Source: Phycisphaerales bacterium
GTDB taxonomy: Bacteria > Planctomycetota > Phycisphaerae > Phycisphaerales > UBA1924
Assembly (NCBI GenBank): GCA_965227775.1
Contig: OZ245777.1
Location: 1,120,001-1,184,000, forward strand
DNA length: 64,000 bases
Reading direction: 5' to 3'
Shown in pieces: positions 26,539-37,534 of this stretch. Below the pieces are notes generated by a model. It made no database searches. It worked only from the letters and a program-made list of their open reading frames with translations, and was not told where the DNA came from. The position numbers were made by a program, and so were the translations under genes. Position 1 is the first letter of the stretch, and each line of letters opens with the position of its first letter.

Positions 26539-26986
26539 CGGTCGCGGTACCGGTGTTGGCCGTGATCACGCCGGTCGTTTCGTTGTAGAGCCAGGCGATG
26601 CCTGCTGCATCAGCGGCTGCAACGCCGTTGTTGCCCTTCTGCGCGCCCACGTTGATCGTTGGGACTTCCTTCAGGTACGGGCCGTAGATGAAGACGCCAG
26701 TCTTGGTCGCATTCAGGTTGCCGTCGACATCCGTAAACTGGTTCACGAGCGCGTTCTCGAAGTCTGCGACCGCCGGGTACGTGTTGTTGTGCTCGGCGTA
26801 GTACAGCTCCAGCGCGCTTCGCATGGTTGCCAGATCGGCTCGCAGTCGTGACGACGTCGCACCAGCAGCGCCACGGCTCATGCGCGGCACAGCCACGGCG
26901 GCCAAAATGCCGAGGATCGCGATTACGATTACCAACTCGATCAGGCTGAAGCCAGCCCGTCGCGTACGCATCATCCCAACAACCAT
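26507..26986 (-). CDS. Major pilin/pseudopilin (GspG/PilA-like)
   Basis: Motifs AG|FSLIELVIVIAILGILAAVAVP, ALELYYAEHNNTYP and GPYL. Strong GGAGG RBS and its own intergenic leader. Confidence 0.85.
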   Translation of the reverse strand: MVVGMMRTRRAGFSLIELVIVIAILGILAAVAVPRMSRGAAGATSSRLRADLATMRSALELYYAEHNNTYPAVADFENALVNQFTDVDGNLNATKTGVFIYGPYLKEVPTINVGAQKGNNGVAAADAAGIAWLYNETTGVITANTGTATDDTGTLYSTY

Positions 26987-27134
26987 CGTGCTACCTCCGA
27001 AGCGGGCCGTCCTGGCCTCGTTGTGTGTTGATCTTCAGTGGTCATCGATCCAATCAGGGCACGATTTCAGTATTCAGGCGGGGTCTGGGCGGTGATTGTG
27101 GTCGTCTAAGCCTTATAACCCGCACAGCCCAAAC

Positions 27135-27680
27135 TTAGCGAGGGCGTTCATCCGGCTGATTGGGAAGCAGGAGACGCGCCGTCAGCTCGCCGGCCTTGAA
27201 GGTCGCCGACCTCGAGTCGACACTGATCAGCCGATAACCGGCGACCTCATCGCCAATGCGAACGGGCTTGCCGTTGACCATCGCCATGCTCGTCTCGCCG
27301 CTCAGCATGACGAGCGAGAGCTGGTGCGAGCCCACGAACTGTTCGATCGCAAGAAGTCCGGGAGCCCCCAGCTCGGCACTCCGCGAAGATGCCTCTGCAA
27401 ACGGATTCAGATCTGTGTCCAGAGTCGACTCCGACAGAGCCGCATCAACCCGGTCATTCCAACGCTCAGCGACATCTGCAGGAAGTTCTCGAGAACTCGG
27501 GGCAGCCGGCGCCGCAGCCTGCGATGCTGGACTCGATGGGGTGTTTGTAGGTCCGGTTGCCGCGGCCGAGTGAGCCTCGGCACCGCTTGGCGGGCCCAGA
27601 AGGAACTGGTCGATCGCCAGAATCAAACCGGCCGAGCCAAGCAGCCCAAGCAGTACCTTGCGTTCCTTGTTCAGTGCCAT
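27135..27680 (-). CDS. Membrane-anchored pilus/T2SS accessory protein (PilP/GspB/GspC-like)
   Basis: N-terminal TM, Ala/Pro linker and C-terminal AMVNGKPVRIGDEVAGYRL. Start reassigned to the ATG at 27680. Confidence 0.65.
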   Translation of the reverse strand: MALNKERKVLLGLLGSAGLILAIDQFLLGPPSGAEAHSAAATGPTNTPSSPASQAAAPAAPSSRELPADVAERWNDRVDAALSESTLDTDLNPFAEASSRSAELGAPGLLAIEQFVGSHQLSLVMLSGETSMAMVNGKPVRIGDEVAGYRLISVDSRSATFKAGELTARLLLPNQPDERPR

Positions 27681-27690
27681 GTCCCATGAG

Positions 27691-28308
27691 TCATCGAGCG
27701 GGCACGGCCGCGGAACGAGCAGAATCAGTAGGAACCCCGGTCGTCGAGGCCGCCGATGACGAATGTGGCGCATATACCAGCACCGTCGCCAGCAGCGCGA
27801 GCTCACCAGAGCTCGTCGGAGACGGCATGATCGCGAAACCCTCGATCGTGGCCGTCGGAAGGTGATCTCGGTACTCGGAAAGGAATGCATCGATGTCCGA
27901 AAACGACCCCAGCGCGTTGAGCGTGAGGCGTGTTCGCACGAGATCACCGATGCGCTCCGTGCCGGACCGATCCGTGCCCAACTGCGTCAGGCCGAACGTT
28001 GTCGTGACGTCCGTAAGGCGCCCGACGAGCTGTTCGCTCGCAACGGGCTCGACACCATCTTGCGCGCGGAGCGTCTCGAGCGTTGCCTCGGTTGCTTCCA
28101 ACTCGGATTGTGCGATGCGTACACGGTCGCCAGCCCGGGCAATCGCCTCGCGCTGGGCGTGAGTCTGGGCACTTGCCTTGAGCGACGGTGCGACGCCGAA
28201 AGCATACGCGAGGCCACCAAGCATTAGCATGCCGACAGCTCCAGCGGCATGGACGTGCATGGGAGTGAACTTCGAGTGCGCGCGACTGGTACCAGTCTCA
28301 TCGCTCAT
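27691..28308 (-). CDS. PilO/GspM-like protein
   Basis: TM, coiled coil and ferredoxin-like LTLNALGSFSDIDAFL. Position after PilN with an ATGA overlap. Confidence 0.62.
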   Translation of the reverse strand: MSDETGTSRAHSKFTPMHVHAAGAVGMLMLGGLAYAFGVAPSLKASAQTHAQREAIARAGDRVRIAQSELEATEATLETLRAQDGVEPVASEQLVGRLTDVTTTFGLTQLGTDRSGTERIGDLVRTRLTLNALGSFSDIDAFLSEYRDHLPTATIEGFAIMPSPTSSGELALLATVLVYAPHSSSAASTTGVPTDSARSAAVPAR

Positions 28309-28868
28309 GGGGTGTCTCCCTCGGCTGGCTGGGGCGCGATGACGCAGTCGATCGAGAACTCCGGTCGTCCCTCCCGGGACCGTGATGGGGTGAGCACGTG
28401 TCGCACGCTCTCGAACAGGCCCGTCGCATCGAGTCGTGCCGCAAGATCGGCGGCAAACTGCTTGCTTGGGGCTTCGCCCGAGATCGACAGCGACCATGTC
28501 GGTGTTGCCCCAGCCCGTGGCTGGACGTTGATCGACCGCAGCCGAGCTTCGCCGCCCGCGTTCTTCGTAATGACGTCGAGCAACGGTCCCCATCGGAGCG
28601 ATGCTGCGGCACGCTTGCGCGCGAGCGCATCCGCCTCGAGCGTCTTCATCTGCGCGCGAATCGCAGCAAGACTTGCTTCGACTTCCTCGGCGCGCTGGGT
28701 CAAGCCTGAGGGCATGGCGGGTGGTTGGGCGCGTGTTGCCAAGGCCGCCAGCAATCCGCCCCCGACAAACACCGATAGGCTGAACAGGGCGCACGTCCAC
28801 GCCGAGATGCACCGCTGCAGGCGGCGTGAATTGGCTCGGTGGTGAGGCAGGAGATTCGTGCCGGTCAT
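28305..28868 (-). CDS. PilN domain protein
   Basis: NLLP N-terminus, TM, coiled coil, and LSISGEA...LDATGLFESV. Confidence 0.75.
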   Translation of the reverse strand: MTGTNLLPHHRANSRRLQRCISAWTCALFSLSVFVGGGLLAALATRAQPPAMPSGLTQRAEEVEASLAAIRAQMKTLEADALARKRAAASLRWGPLLDVITKNAGGEARLRSINVQPRAGATPTWSLSISGEAPSKQFAADLAARLDATGLFESVRHVLTPSRSREGRPEFSIDCVIAPQPAEGDTP

Positions 28869-29746
28869 GCAAGATCCTCCAGCAGTGCAAGCCCAATCGC
28901 TCCGGCCAGGGGCCCGCTGATGGGATTGCCGCTCGCATCGATCGGCTGCGCGATCGCGTTCTTGTAACGATGTGCGAGCACATCCATCACCGTTGAACGC
29001 TCACCACCTGCGCCCAGCACGCTGATGGCCGCCGGTGCGTGCGAGCGCGACCGATGGCGAGCGAAGGCGATGCAGGCGTCGATCTCTGTCGCCAGCAGAC
29101 GGCCGACATCGGCATCGCCCTGCGAGCCGTCGAGACGCAGTCCCGTAGGCGTGCGCGCGTACAGCAGGGTGCTGTGGTGGAGCACGGCGATCCGCACACC
29201 CCAAGACTCCAGTCGGACACCAACCCTGACGGTGGCGGATGTCGGTGCCGCCGAGAGTACGCGGCCGAGCGCCCGTGAAGGGTCATCGACGCCCGCCACA
29301 CGCAGCCCAGCCGACTCCAGCACACCGATCACCTCGTCCGTCGGTGCGATCTCGCAGCCCACCGCCATCACCTGAACAGCCGGCCCGGGTGTTGGCAGCC
29401 CCCAGTACGAGAGCTCGAAGGCGCCCGGTTCGAGCTTGGTCTTCTGCGCAAACTCTGCCCGTGCGAGCTGGTCAATCGGAGCCCCCGAGGTCACGGGCGG
29501 CAACTCCATCGTGGCCATCTTCAGCGCGTCGTCTGGTGCGTTGATCACGCAAGGTGCCGAGGCGAAGCCCTTTCGGAACAAGAGCGACTCGAGATCGGTA
29601 GCTTCGGCCTGGGTCAATACACCATCACCCGAGTGGCGCGCCATGCGGGCACCATGAATCAGCGACCAGCCACTCCGCGTCACGCGCACCTGAGCGGCGG
29701 TGATGGCGTCGGGGGAGATGTCAAGCCCTGTGCGAACGGTGTTCAT
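28865..29746 (-). CDS. PilM-like actin-fold platform protein
   Basis: Motifs GLDISPDAITAAQV, LESAGLRVAGVD, VLGAGG and AIGLAL. Confidence 0.72.
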   Translation of the reverse strand: MNTVRTGLDISPDAITAAQVRVTRSGWSLIHGARMARHSGDGVLTQAEATDLESLLFRKGFASAPCVINAPDDALKMATMELPPVTSGAPIDQLARAEFAQKTKLEPGAFELSYWGLPTPGPAVQVMAVGCEIAPTDEVIGVLESAGLRVAGVDDPSRALGRVLSAAPTSATVRVGVRLESWGVRIAVLHHSTLLYARTPTGLRLDGSQGDADVGRLLATEIDACIAFARHRSRSHAPAAISVLGAGGERSTVMDVLAHRYKNAIAQPIDASGNPISGPLAGAIGLALLEDLA

Positions 29747-29757
29747 ATCGATGTCTC

Positions 29758-30969
29758 TTATTGTGCTCCGGCCGAAGCCGTGAGATCGAACAGCGGCAGG
29801 AACATGCTCGTGGCGATGCCCCCGACGACGATGCCCAGCGTCACCAGCAAGAGCGGCTCGATGATGGCGCTGAGTGCCTTCAGCGTGGCTTCGTTCTCTT
29901 CCTCCAGGAAGTCGGCGACGTTGCCCAGCATCATGCCCATGCGCCCGGTGCGCTCGCCCGTGCGTACCCCCTCGCGGACGAGGCCGTGCAGCAAGTCCGA
30001 TTTCTCGAGCACGGTGCTGATGGGCTGGCCGACTTCGGCCGCGTCATGGGCCTGCTTCAAAAGGCTGGCGTACTCGGGGCTGCGCATCGAGCCTGCGCAC
30101 AGCGAGAGCACGTCCAGCAGCGGCAGGTGGCTCTCGAGCAGCAGCGACACCATGCGCGACAAGCGGGCGCTGGCAATCGAGCGGGAGATGTCGCCCAGCT
30201 TGGGCGTACGCAGCAGTGTGCGATCGATGAGCCGGGCAGTCGCGGGCTGAAGCATGACAAAGCGGGCCAGCACCGCCGCGGGCACGATGCCCGCCAGCCA
30301 TGCCCACCAGTACTCGCGGAGCATCGTGCTGAGCCATAGGAACAACTGCGTGCTCGGCGGAATCGCAGTATCGAGCGACTCGAACATCGACTCGAAGCGC
30401 GGGAACACCATCACGAGCATGACCAGCACCACGATGAAGCCGATGCCGATCAGGATGCACGGGTAGATCATCGCGCCGATGATGGCCCGGCGCATCGCCA
30501 GTTTCTGACGCATGAGTGACGAAACGCGTTCGAGCATGTCGCCCAGCCGTCCACTCGTCTCACCGGCGGCGACCATGGCCCGACTGACCTCGTCGAAGTA
30601 GCCCGGGTGGGCCGTCATGGCGTCTGATAGGGGCGTTCCAGACTCGATCTCTGCTTGGAGGCGCTTGAGCACCTTCTTGAACTTCTCGTCGCGAGTCTGC
30701 TCGGCCATTGCCTCCACGCCCTCTGACAGCGGCGTGCCCGAGGCGATGAGCACCGACATGTGCCGCATGAACTGCGAGATGTCGGCGAGTTTGCCCTTCG
30801 GTCCCTTGATGCGTGGGCGTGCGTGGCCGATGCCCTTGTCAGGGCTGATCTCGAGGACGATCACGCCGCGCTGGCGCAGCTTGTCGCGCGCTGCACCCTC
30901 GTCGGCGGCCTCGATCGTGCCGCGCTTGGGCGCGCCGCTCGTCTCGTAGCCGACGTAGCGCCACTTCAT
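29758..30969 (-). CDS. Type II secretion system F family / PilC inner-membrane platform protein
   Basis: Motifs AGETSGRL, AMIYP, GERTG, IEPLL and MFLPLF. Confidence 0.93.
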   Translation of the reverse strand: MKWRYVGYETSGAPKRGTIEAADEGAARDKLRQRGVIVLEISPDKGIGHARPRIKGPKGKLADISQFMRHMSVLIASGTPLSEGVEAMAEQTRDEKFKKVLKRLQAEIESGTPLSDAMTAHPGYFDEVSRAMVAAGETSGRLGDMLERVSSLMRQKLAMRRAIIGAMIYPCILIGIGFIVVLVMLVMVFPRFESMFESLDTAIPPSTQLFLWLSTMLREYWWAWLAGIVPAAVLARFVMLQPATARLIDRTLLRTPKLGDISRSIASARLSRMVSLLLESHLPLLDVLSLCAGSMRSPEYASLLKQAHDAAEVGQPISTVLEKSDLLHGLVREGVRTGERTGRMGMMLGNVADFLEEENEATLKALSAIIEPLLLVTLGIVVGGIATSMFLPLFDLTASAGAQ

Positions 30970-32750
30970 GCCGCGGCCTCCACGGGCTTCGGCTCGTCGA
31001 GGTCGTCATCGCTACGCGTCACCCGGAGCGCTTCCTCGAGGCTGGTCGAGCCGCGCTTGGCTACGAGAACCGCCTCCTCGCGCAGTGACTTGCCGCCGCC
31101 CTTAAAGAAGGCCTCGCGGATGTCCATCGAGGATGCGCCCGCGTGCACCAGCCGGCGGATCGCTGGCGTGACCTCCATGACCTCGTAGACGCCCAGGCGA
31201 CCCTGGAAGCCGGTATCGTGGCAATGCTGACAGCCCAGGCCGCGCCGGAAAGGGGCACGCTGTTCGTCCTCGATGCCCGCCTCGGCAAGCAGTGCCTCGT
31301 CTGGGTAGTAGCGCGTGGCGCAGTGCTGGCAGATGGTGCGCGCCAGGCGCTGAGCGATGACGCCGTTGAGCGCACCACTGAGGAGGTAGGGCTCGATGCC
31401 CATGTCAAGCAATCGCTCGACGGCGCCGGGAGCGTCGTTGGTGTGCAGCGTCGCGAGCACCACGTGACCCGTGATGGCCGCCTGCGTCGCAACGCGAGCG
31501 GTATCCTGATCGCGGATCTCGCCGACCATGATCACGTCGGGGTCCTGACGCAAGATGCTACGGAGCGCCTTGGCGAAGCTCAGACCGATGGCGTCCTGCA
31601 CCTGGATCTGGTTGATCAAGTCGAGCTGATACTCGACCGGATCTTCAACGGTGACAATGTTTCGCTCCGGGCTGCTCAGCAGCTCGAGCGCCGAGTAGAG
31701 CGTCGTCGACTTGCCGCTACCCGTCGGGCCGGTCACGAGCATGAGGCCATAGGGCTTGCGGAGCATCCGCGTGATGGTGGTCATGAGCTCGGGACGGATG
31801 CCAAGGTCGGCAAGGCTCGAGTTCAGGTTGTCGCGGTCGAGGATACGGATTACCAGCTTCTCGCCCAACAACGTGGGAATGGTGGAGACACGCAGCGACA
31901 CCTCGCGGCCCTCGGCCATGATGCGGATGCGGCCTTCCTGCGGCATGCGCTTCTCGGCGATGTCGAGCTTCGCGAGGATCTTCACGCGCGACGAGATTGC
32001 CGAGTGCATGCCCTGGGGCGGACGCATGAGGTCACGCAGCGTGCCGTCGATGCGGTAACGGATGCGCGTGCCCTTGTGGCTGGGCTCGATGTGGATATCG
32101 CTGGCACGATCCCGGATGGCAGTCAGCACCGCCATGTTCACGAGGTTGACGATCGGGCTGCCGGCGATGATCTTCGCGAGATCGCCCTCTGCCTCGTCCT
32201 CGTCCACGTTCTCCTTGTCGAATACCTCGACGTCGGATTCGCGAAGCTGGGAGAGGAAGGCTGTCAGGTTGGCCTGGTTCTGGGCGTACTTCTCGATGAA
32301 TTCGTCGATGTTGGCCCGCAGCGCGAGCACGGGCCGGATGCGGCATCCGGTGATGGCGCTCAGGCGGTCGATCGTCGGTAGCGACTGCGGCTCGGCCATC
32401 GCCACCGTCATCTCGTCGCGGATGCGGAACATGGGCATCACGCCCAGCTCTTGCGCGACTTCGGCAGTGACAACCTTGAGCAGTTCTGGGTCAACAAGGC
32501 CGTGGCGGAGCACGCACGAGGGCAGCTCAAGGTGCTGGCCAAGCGTGTGCACGAGCGTGGCGGGAGAGATAATGCCCTCTTCAACGAGGATCTCGCCCAG
32601 CAGCGTGCCCTCGGCTTGCTGGCGTTGCAGTGCGGCGCCAAGCTGCTCCTCAGTAATGGCACCGCTGTCGACGAGCACATCGCCGATGCGCGTGACGGGC
32701 GGAGCCGCGCTGTGGTCGTTGGTCGGCGTGTCGTCGTTGGCGGGATTCAC
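30966..32750 (-). CDS. GspE/PilB assembly ATPase with N-terminal MshEN-like motif
   Basis: Motifs ASDIHIEP, GPTGSGKSTT, TVEDPVE, LRQDPDVIMVGEIRD and zinc-binding CxxC pairs. GTG start overlaps the STAS stop. Confidence 0.94.
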   Translation of the reverse strand: MNPANDDTPTNDHSAAPPVTRIGDVLVDSGAITEEQLGAALQRQQAEGTLLGEILVEEGIISPATLVHTLGQHLELPSCVLRHGLVDPELLKVVTAEVAQELGVMPMFRIRDEMTVAMAEPQSLPTIDRLSAITGCRIRPVLALRANIDEFIEKYAQNQANLTAFLSQLRESDVEVFDKENVDEDEAEGDLAKIIAGSPIVNLVNMAVLTAIRDRASDIHIEPSHKGTRIRYRIDGTLRDLMRPPQGMHSAISSRVKILAKLDIAEKRMPQEGRIRIMAEGREVSLRVSTIPTLLGEKLVIRILDRDNLNSSLADLGIRPELMTTITRMLRKPYGLMLVTGPTGSGKSTTLYSALELLSSPERNIVTVEDPVEYQLDLINQIQVQDAIGLSFAKALRSILRQDPDVIMVGEIRDQDTARVATQAAITGHVVLATLHTNDAPGAVERLLDMGIEPYLLSGALNGVIAQRLARTICQHCATRYYPDEALLAEAGIEDEQRAPFRRGLGCQHCHDTGFQGRLGVYEVMEVTPAIRRLVHAGASSMDIREAFFKGGGKSLREEAVLVAKRGSTSLEEALRVTRSDDDLDEPKPVEAAA

Positions 32751-33082
32751 AGGAAGCTCCTGGCTGCCGAAACCCCGTCGGCATAAATATCGAAGCGACC
32801 GGCGATTCCGGTCAGCTCGAGGCACTCGCGCACGGTCTCGTCCAGCCCGCAGAGCTTGAGCACGCGGCCGGCGGCGCCGAGCTGGTCATTCGCGTCGAGC
32901 AGCGCTTCGAGCGCGGTGCTGTCCATGAACGGCACGGCAGTTGCATCCACCACGCAGCGACCCATCGAACGCTTGGCTGCGTCGAGCAGCTTCGCGCGGA
33001 AGGCCGCGGAGTCCTGCTGGGTAATGGCACCGTCGGGCCTGACGAACGTGACGGCGCCTCGCACCTGCTCATCGATGCGCAT
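32747..33082 (-). CDS. STAS domain protein (anti-sigma factor antagonist-like)
   Basis: Motifs VVDATAVPFMDSTAL (phosphorylatable DS motif) and VRECLELTG. Confidence 0.88.
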   Translation of the reverse strand: MRIDEQVRGAVTFVRPDGAITQQDSAAFRAKLLDAAKRSMGRCVVDATAVPFMDSTALEALLDANDQLGAAGRVLKLCGLDETVRECLELTGIAGRFDIYADGVSAARSFL

Positions 33083-33095
33083 CGTGCCGCTCCCT

Positions 33096-34529
33096 TCAGG
33101 CTACGAGCCGTCCACCGGGAATGAACATGGTGAAGACGCTGCCCTTGCCCGGCTCCGAGTCGACATCGATGCCGCCCTCGTGCCCGAGCATGATCTCCTT
33201 GGCGAGCGTCAGCCCGAGGCCGGTGCCCTGCGTTCCCGAGGCGCGCACGTCATCGGTGCGGTAAAAGCGCTCGAAGATCCGCTGGCGGTCGGTTTCAGAG
33301 ATCCCAACGCCCGTGTCGCGCACGGAGACATCCAGCCCCTCATCGCCCCAGTCGGCAGACAAGGTGACCTCGCCGCCCTCTGGCGTGTACTTGATGGCGT
33401 TGCCCAGCACGTTGTGGTATGCCTGGAGCAGCTTGTCACGATCGCCGCGCACAACGGGGAGCTTGGGCGGCAGGGTGAATTTGAGTGTCACGCCCTTGCC
33501 CTTGGCCTGGTTCTCGAACTCCAGTCGAAGCTCCTCGAAGAGCTGATCGAGCCGAGCCTCGCCCTCTTGGATCGAAAGTGCGCCGGCTTCCATTTCGCTC
33601 ACGCTGAGCATGTCGGAGACGACACGCTCGAGCCTGCGAACCTCCTGGTTGATCACGTTCAGGCAGGTGCCCAGCATTGCCTCGTCGCAGTCGTCGCCCA
33701 GTGCGGTCTCGGCATAGAGGCGCATATTGGTCAGCGGCGTGCGAAGCTCGTGCGTCGCGTGGGCGATGAAGTTGGCACGGGCCTCTTCGGCGGCGTGCAA
33801 CTGGGTGATGTCTTCGACGACGACGACGTGGCCATCGGCTGCCTGCCCGTCACGGACGGTGATCCGCAGGTGCGACATCGCCTCGCCGACGGTGCGGTCC
33901 AACTCCATCGTCCCGCGGCGGAGTTTCTGGTCGCCCGACGAGATCAGCAGCGGCGAGACGTCGAGCACGTCGGTGAGCAACTTGTGCTCAAGGCCGTCGA
34001 GGTCAACGCCCAGCAGCATGACAGCGGCAGAATTGGCGAACCGGATCTCAAGGCTCGGGCTCACCACCAGCACGCCCTGCCACAGAGCAGAGCAGACCGA
34101 GGCGGCCAGGCGACCATCGCCGGTGGCTGCAATCGGGGTTGAAGCAGCTGTTGATGCCGTGCTCTCAACGCCGTTCTGGAGCCGATCGACCAGCGCGTTC
34201 CACGCGCCCGCCTCGGGGCCGAATCGGTCGGCCAGCTGGAGCTCGGCGGTCGGGGTGTTCGTGTTCTCGGACGCAAGCACCGCCTCGCGGAGCGCCGCGA
34301 ACGAGAGCAGTCGGTTGCGGATCCAGCGGCCGAGCAGGACCGAGCCAAGCAGTCCGCCGGCTGCGACCGCCGAGAGTTCGATCCAGGCTTGGGTCGCCAA
34401 GGGCATGCCCACGGCGTCGATATAGAGGTAAGAGTATGCTCCGATAATAGTGACCACGATGCCAATCGACGCAGCGATGAAGCCGAGGATCGTTCGTTCG
34501 CGTCGGTGCAGCAAGCTGATGCCCATCAT
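33096..34529 (-). CDS. Membrane sensor histidine kinase (2 TM, PAS-like, HisKA, HATPase)
   Basis: Motifs THELRTPLT, NVLGNAIKY, DTGVGI, IFERFY and GTGLGL. Start uncertain. Confidence 0.92.
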   Translation of the reverse strand: MMGISLLHRRERTILGFIAASIGIVVTIIGAYSYLYIDAVGMPLATQAWIELSAVAAGGLLGSVLLGRWIRNRLLSFAALREAVLASENTNTPTAELQLADRFGPEAGAWNALVDRLQNGVESTASTAASTPIAATGDGRLAASVCSALWQGVLVVSPSLEIRFANSAAVMLLGVDLDGLEHKLLTDVLDVSPLLISSGDQKLRRGTMELDRTVGEAMSHLRITVRDGQAADGHVVVVEDITQLHAAEEARANFIAHATHELRTPLTNMRLYAETALGDDCDEAMLGTCLNVINQEVRRLERVVSDMLSVSEMEAGALSIQEGEARLDQLFEELRLEFENQAKGKGVTLKFTLPPKLPVVRGDRDKLLQAYHNVLGNAIKYTPEGGEVTLSADWGDEGLDVSVRDTGVGISETDRQRIFERFYRTDDVRASGTQGTGLGLTLAKEIMLGHEGGIDVDSEPGKGSVFTMFIPGGRLVA

Positions 34530-34662
34530 GCAAACCCCTGCCAAGCACCGACTTGGGTGACCATCACGCCAAGACGGAGTCCCTCATCGGGGTCTATCGA
34601 CCCGGATCAGGCGGCACTCAAGGGCAAGTTGGGCGGATTGTGCGGGTAGAAGCGGCGGGCGA

Positions 34663-35055
34663 TCAGTCGAAGCGGAAGACACCCTTGCGGAGACCGTACA
34701 AGAACGCAACGACGGTTGTAAAGAGGAAGAAGAGGATGCGGCCGAGCCAGACCAGGCGGTCGGTCGAGTCCATCTCAAGGTTGGCGAACGTGGTCGCCCA
34801 CGGGTAGAGGAACACCACCTCGACGTCGAACACCAGGAACACCATGGCGATCAGGTAGAAGCGCACGTTGAACCGCTTGCGGGCGGTGCCCACGGGCTCC
34901 ATGCCGCTCTCGTAGGACAGGGCCTTGGTCTCGCCAGCCCGGTTGGGGCCGAGGATGCGCGTGAGCACCAGGTTCATGACCGAGAAGCCCACCACGGCCA
35001 TCAAGATGATCGCCAGGGGCAGGTAGGCCACGGGGTCGGTTACGCCAAGCAGCAT
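34663..35055 (-). CDS. nuoA: NADH-quinone oxidoreductase subunit A
   Basis: Motifs YESGMEP and RFNVRFYLIAMVFLVFDVEVVFLYPWA. Confidence 0.92.
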   Translation of the reverse strand: MLLGVTDPVAYLPLAIILMAVVGFSVMNLVLTRILGPNRAGETKALSYESGMEPVGTARKRFNVRFYLIAMVFLVFDVEVVFLYPWATTFANLEMDSTDRLVWLGRILFFLFTTVVAFLYGLRKGVFRFD

Positions 35056-35077
35056 GGGCCGAGGATAGGCCGGGTGA

Positions 35078-37105
<2,028 letters not shown>

Positions 37106-37180
37106 CCCGTTTCGCATCCCGTGAACCCGCCAACGAAACCAAGATGATCACGAGCGATCTTGCTCAGGAGCACAGAAGCA

Positions 37181-37471
37181 ATGAACGTCAAGCCTCTCGA
37201 TGACAGAATCGTCGTTCGCCCCTCGGCCCAGGAGACCAAGACCGAGTCTGGCATCTACCTGCCCGAGACGAGCAAGGAGCGGCCCATGACCGGCAAGGTC
37301 ATCGCCGTCGGCCCCGGCCGTCGCCTCGACAACGGCGAGCGTGCCAAGCCGACCGTGAAGAAGGGCGACACCGTCGTCTACGGCAAGTACGCCGGCACCG
37401 AGGTTGAGGTGAAGGGCGATGAGCACCTGATCCTGCGTGAGAGCGAACTGCTCGGCGTACTCGACAGCTAA
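37181..37471 (+). CDS. groS: Co-chaperonin GroES
   Basis: Motifs KPLDDRIVV, SGIYLP and KYAGTEV. Confidence 0.97.
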   Translation: MNVKPLDDRIVVRPSAQETKTESGIYLPETSKERPMTGKVIAVGPGRRLDNGERAKPTVKKGDTVVYGKYAGTEVEVKGDEHLILRESELLGVLDS

Positions 37472-37534
37472 GACCAGTCGGCCAACCCCCGATTCTGAAA
37501 CGAAACTGACCGGCCCGGCCGGAGGAGCGCACGC

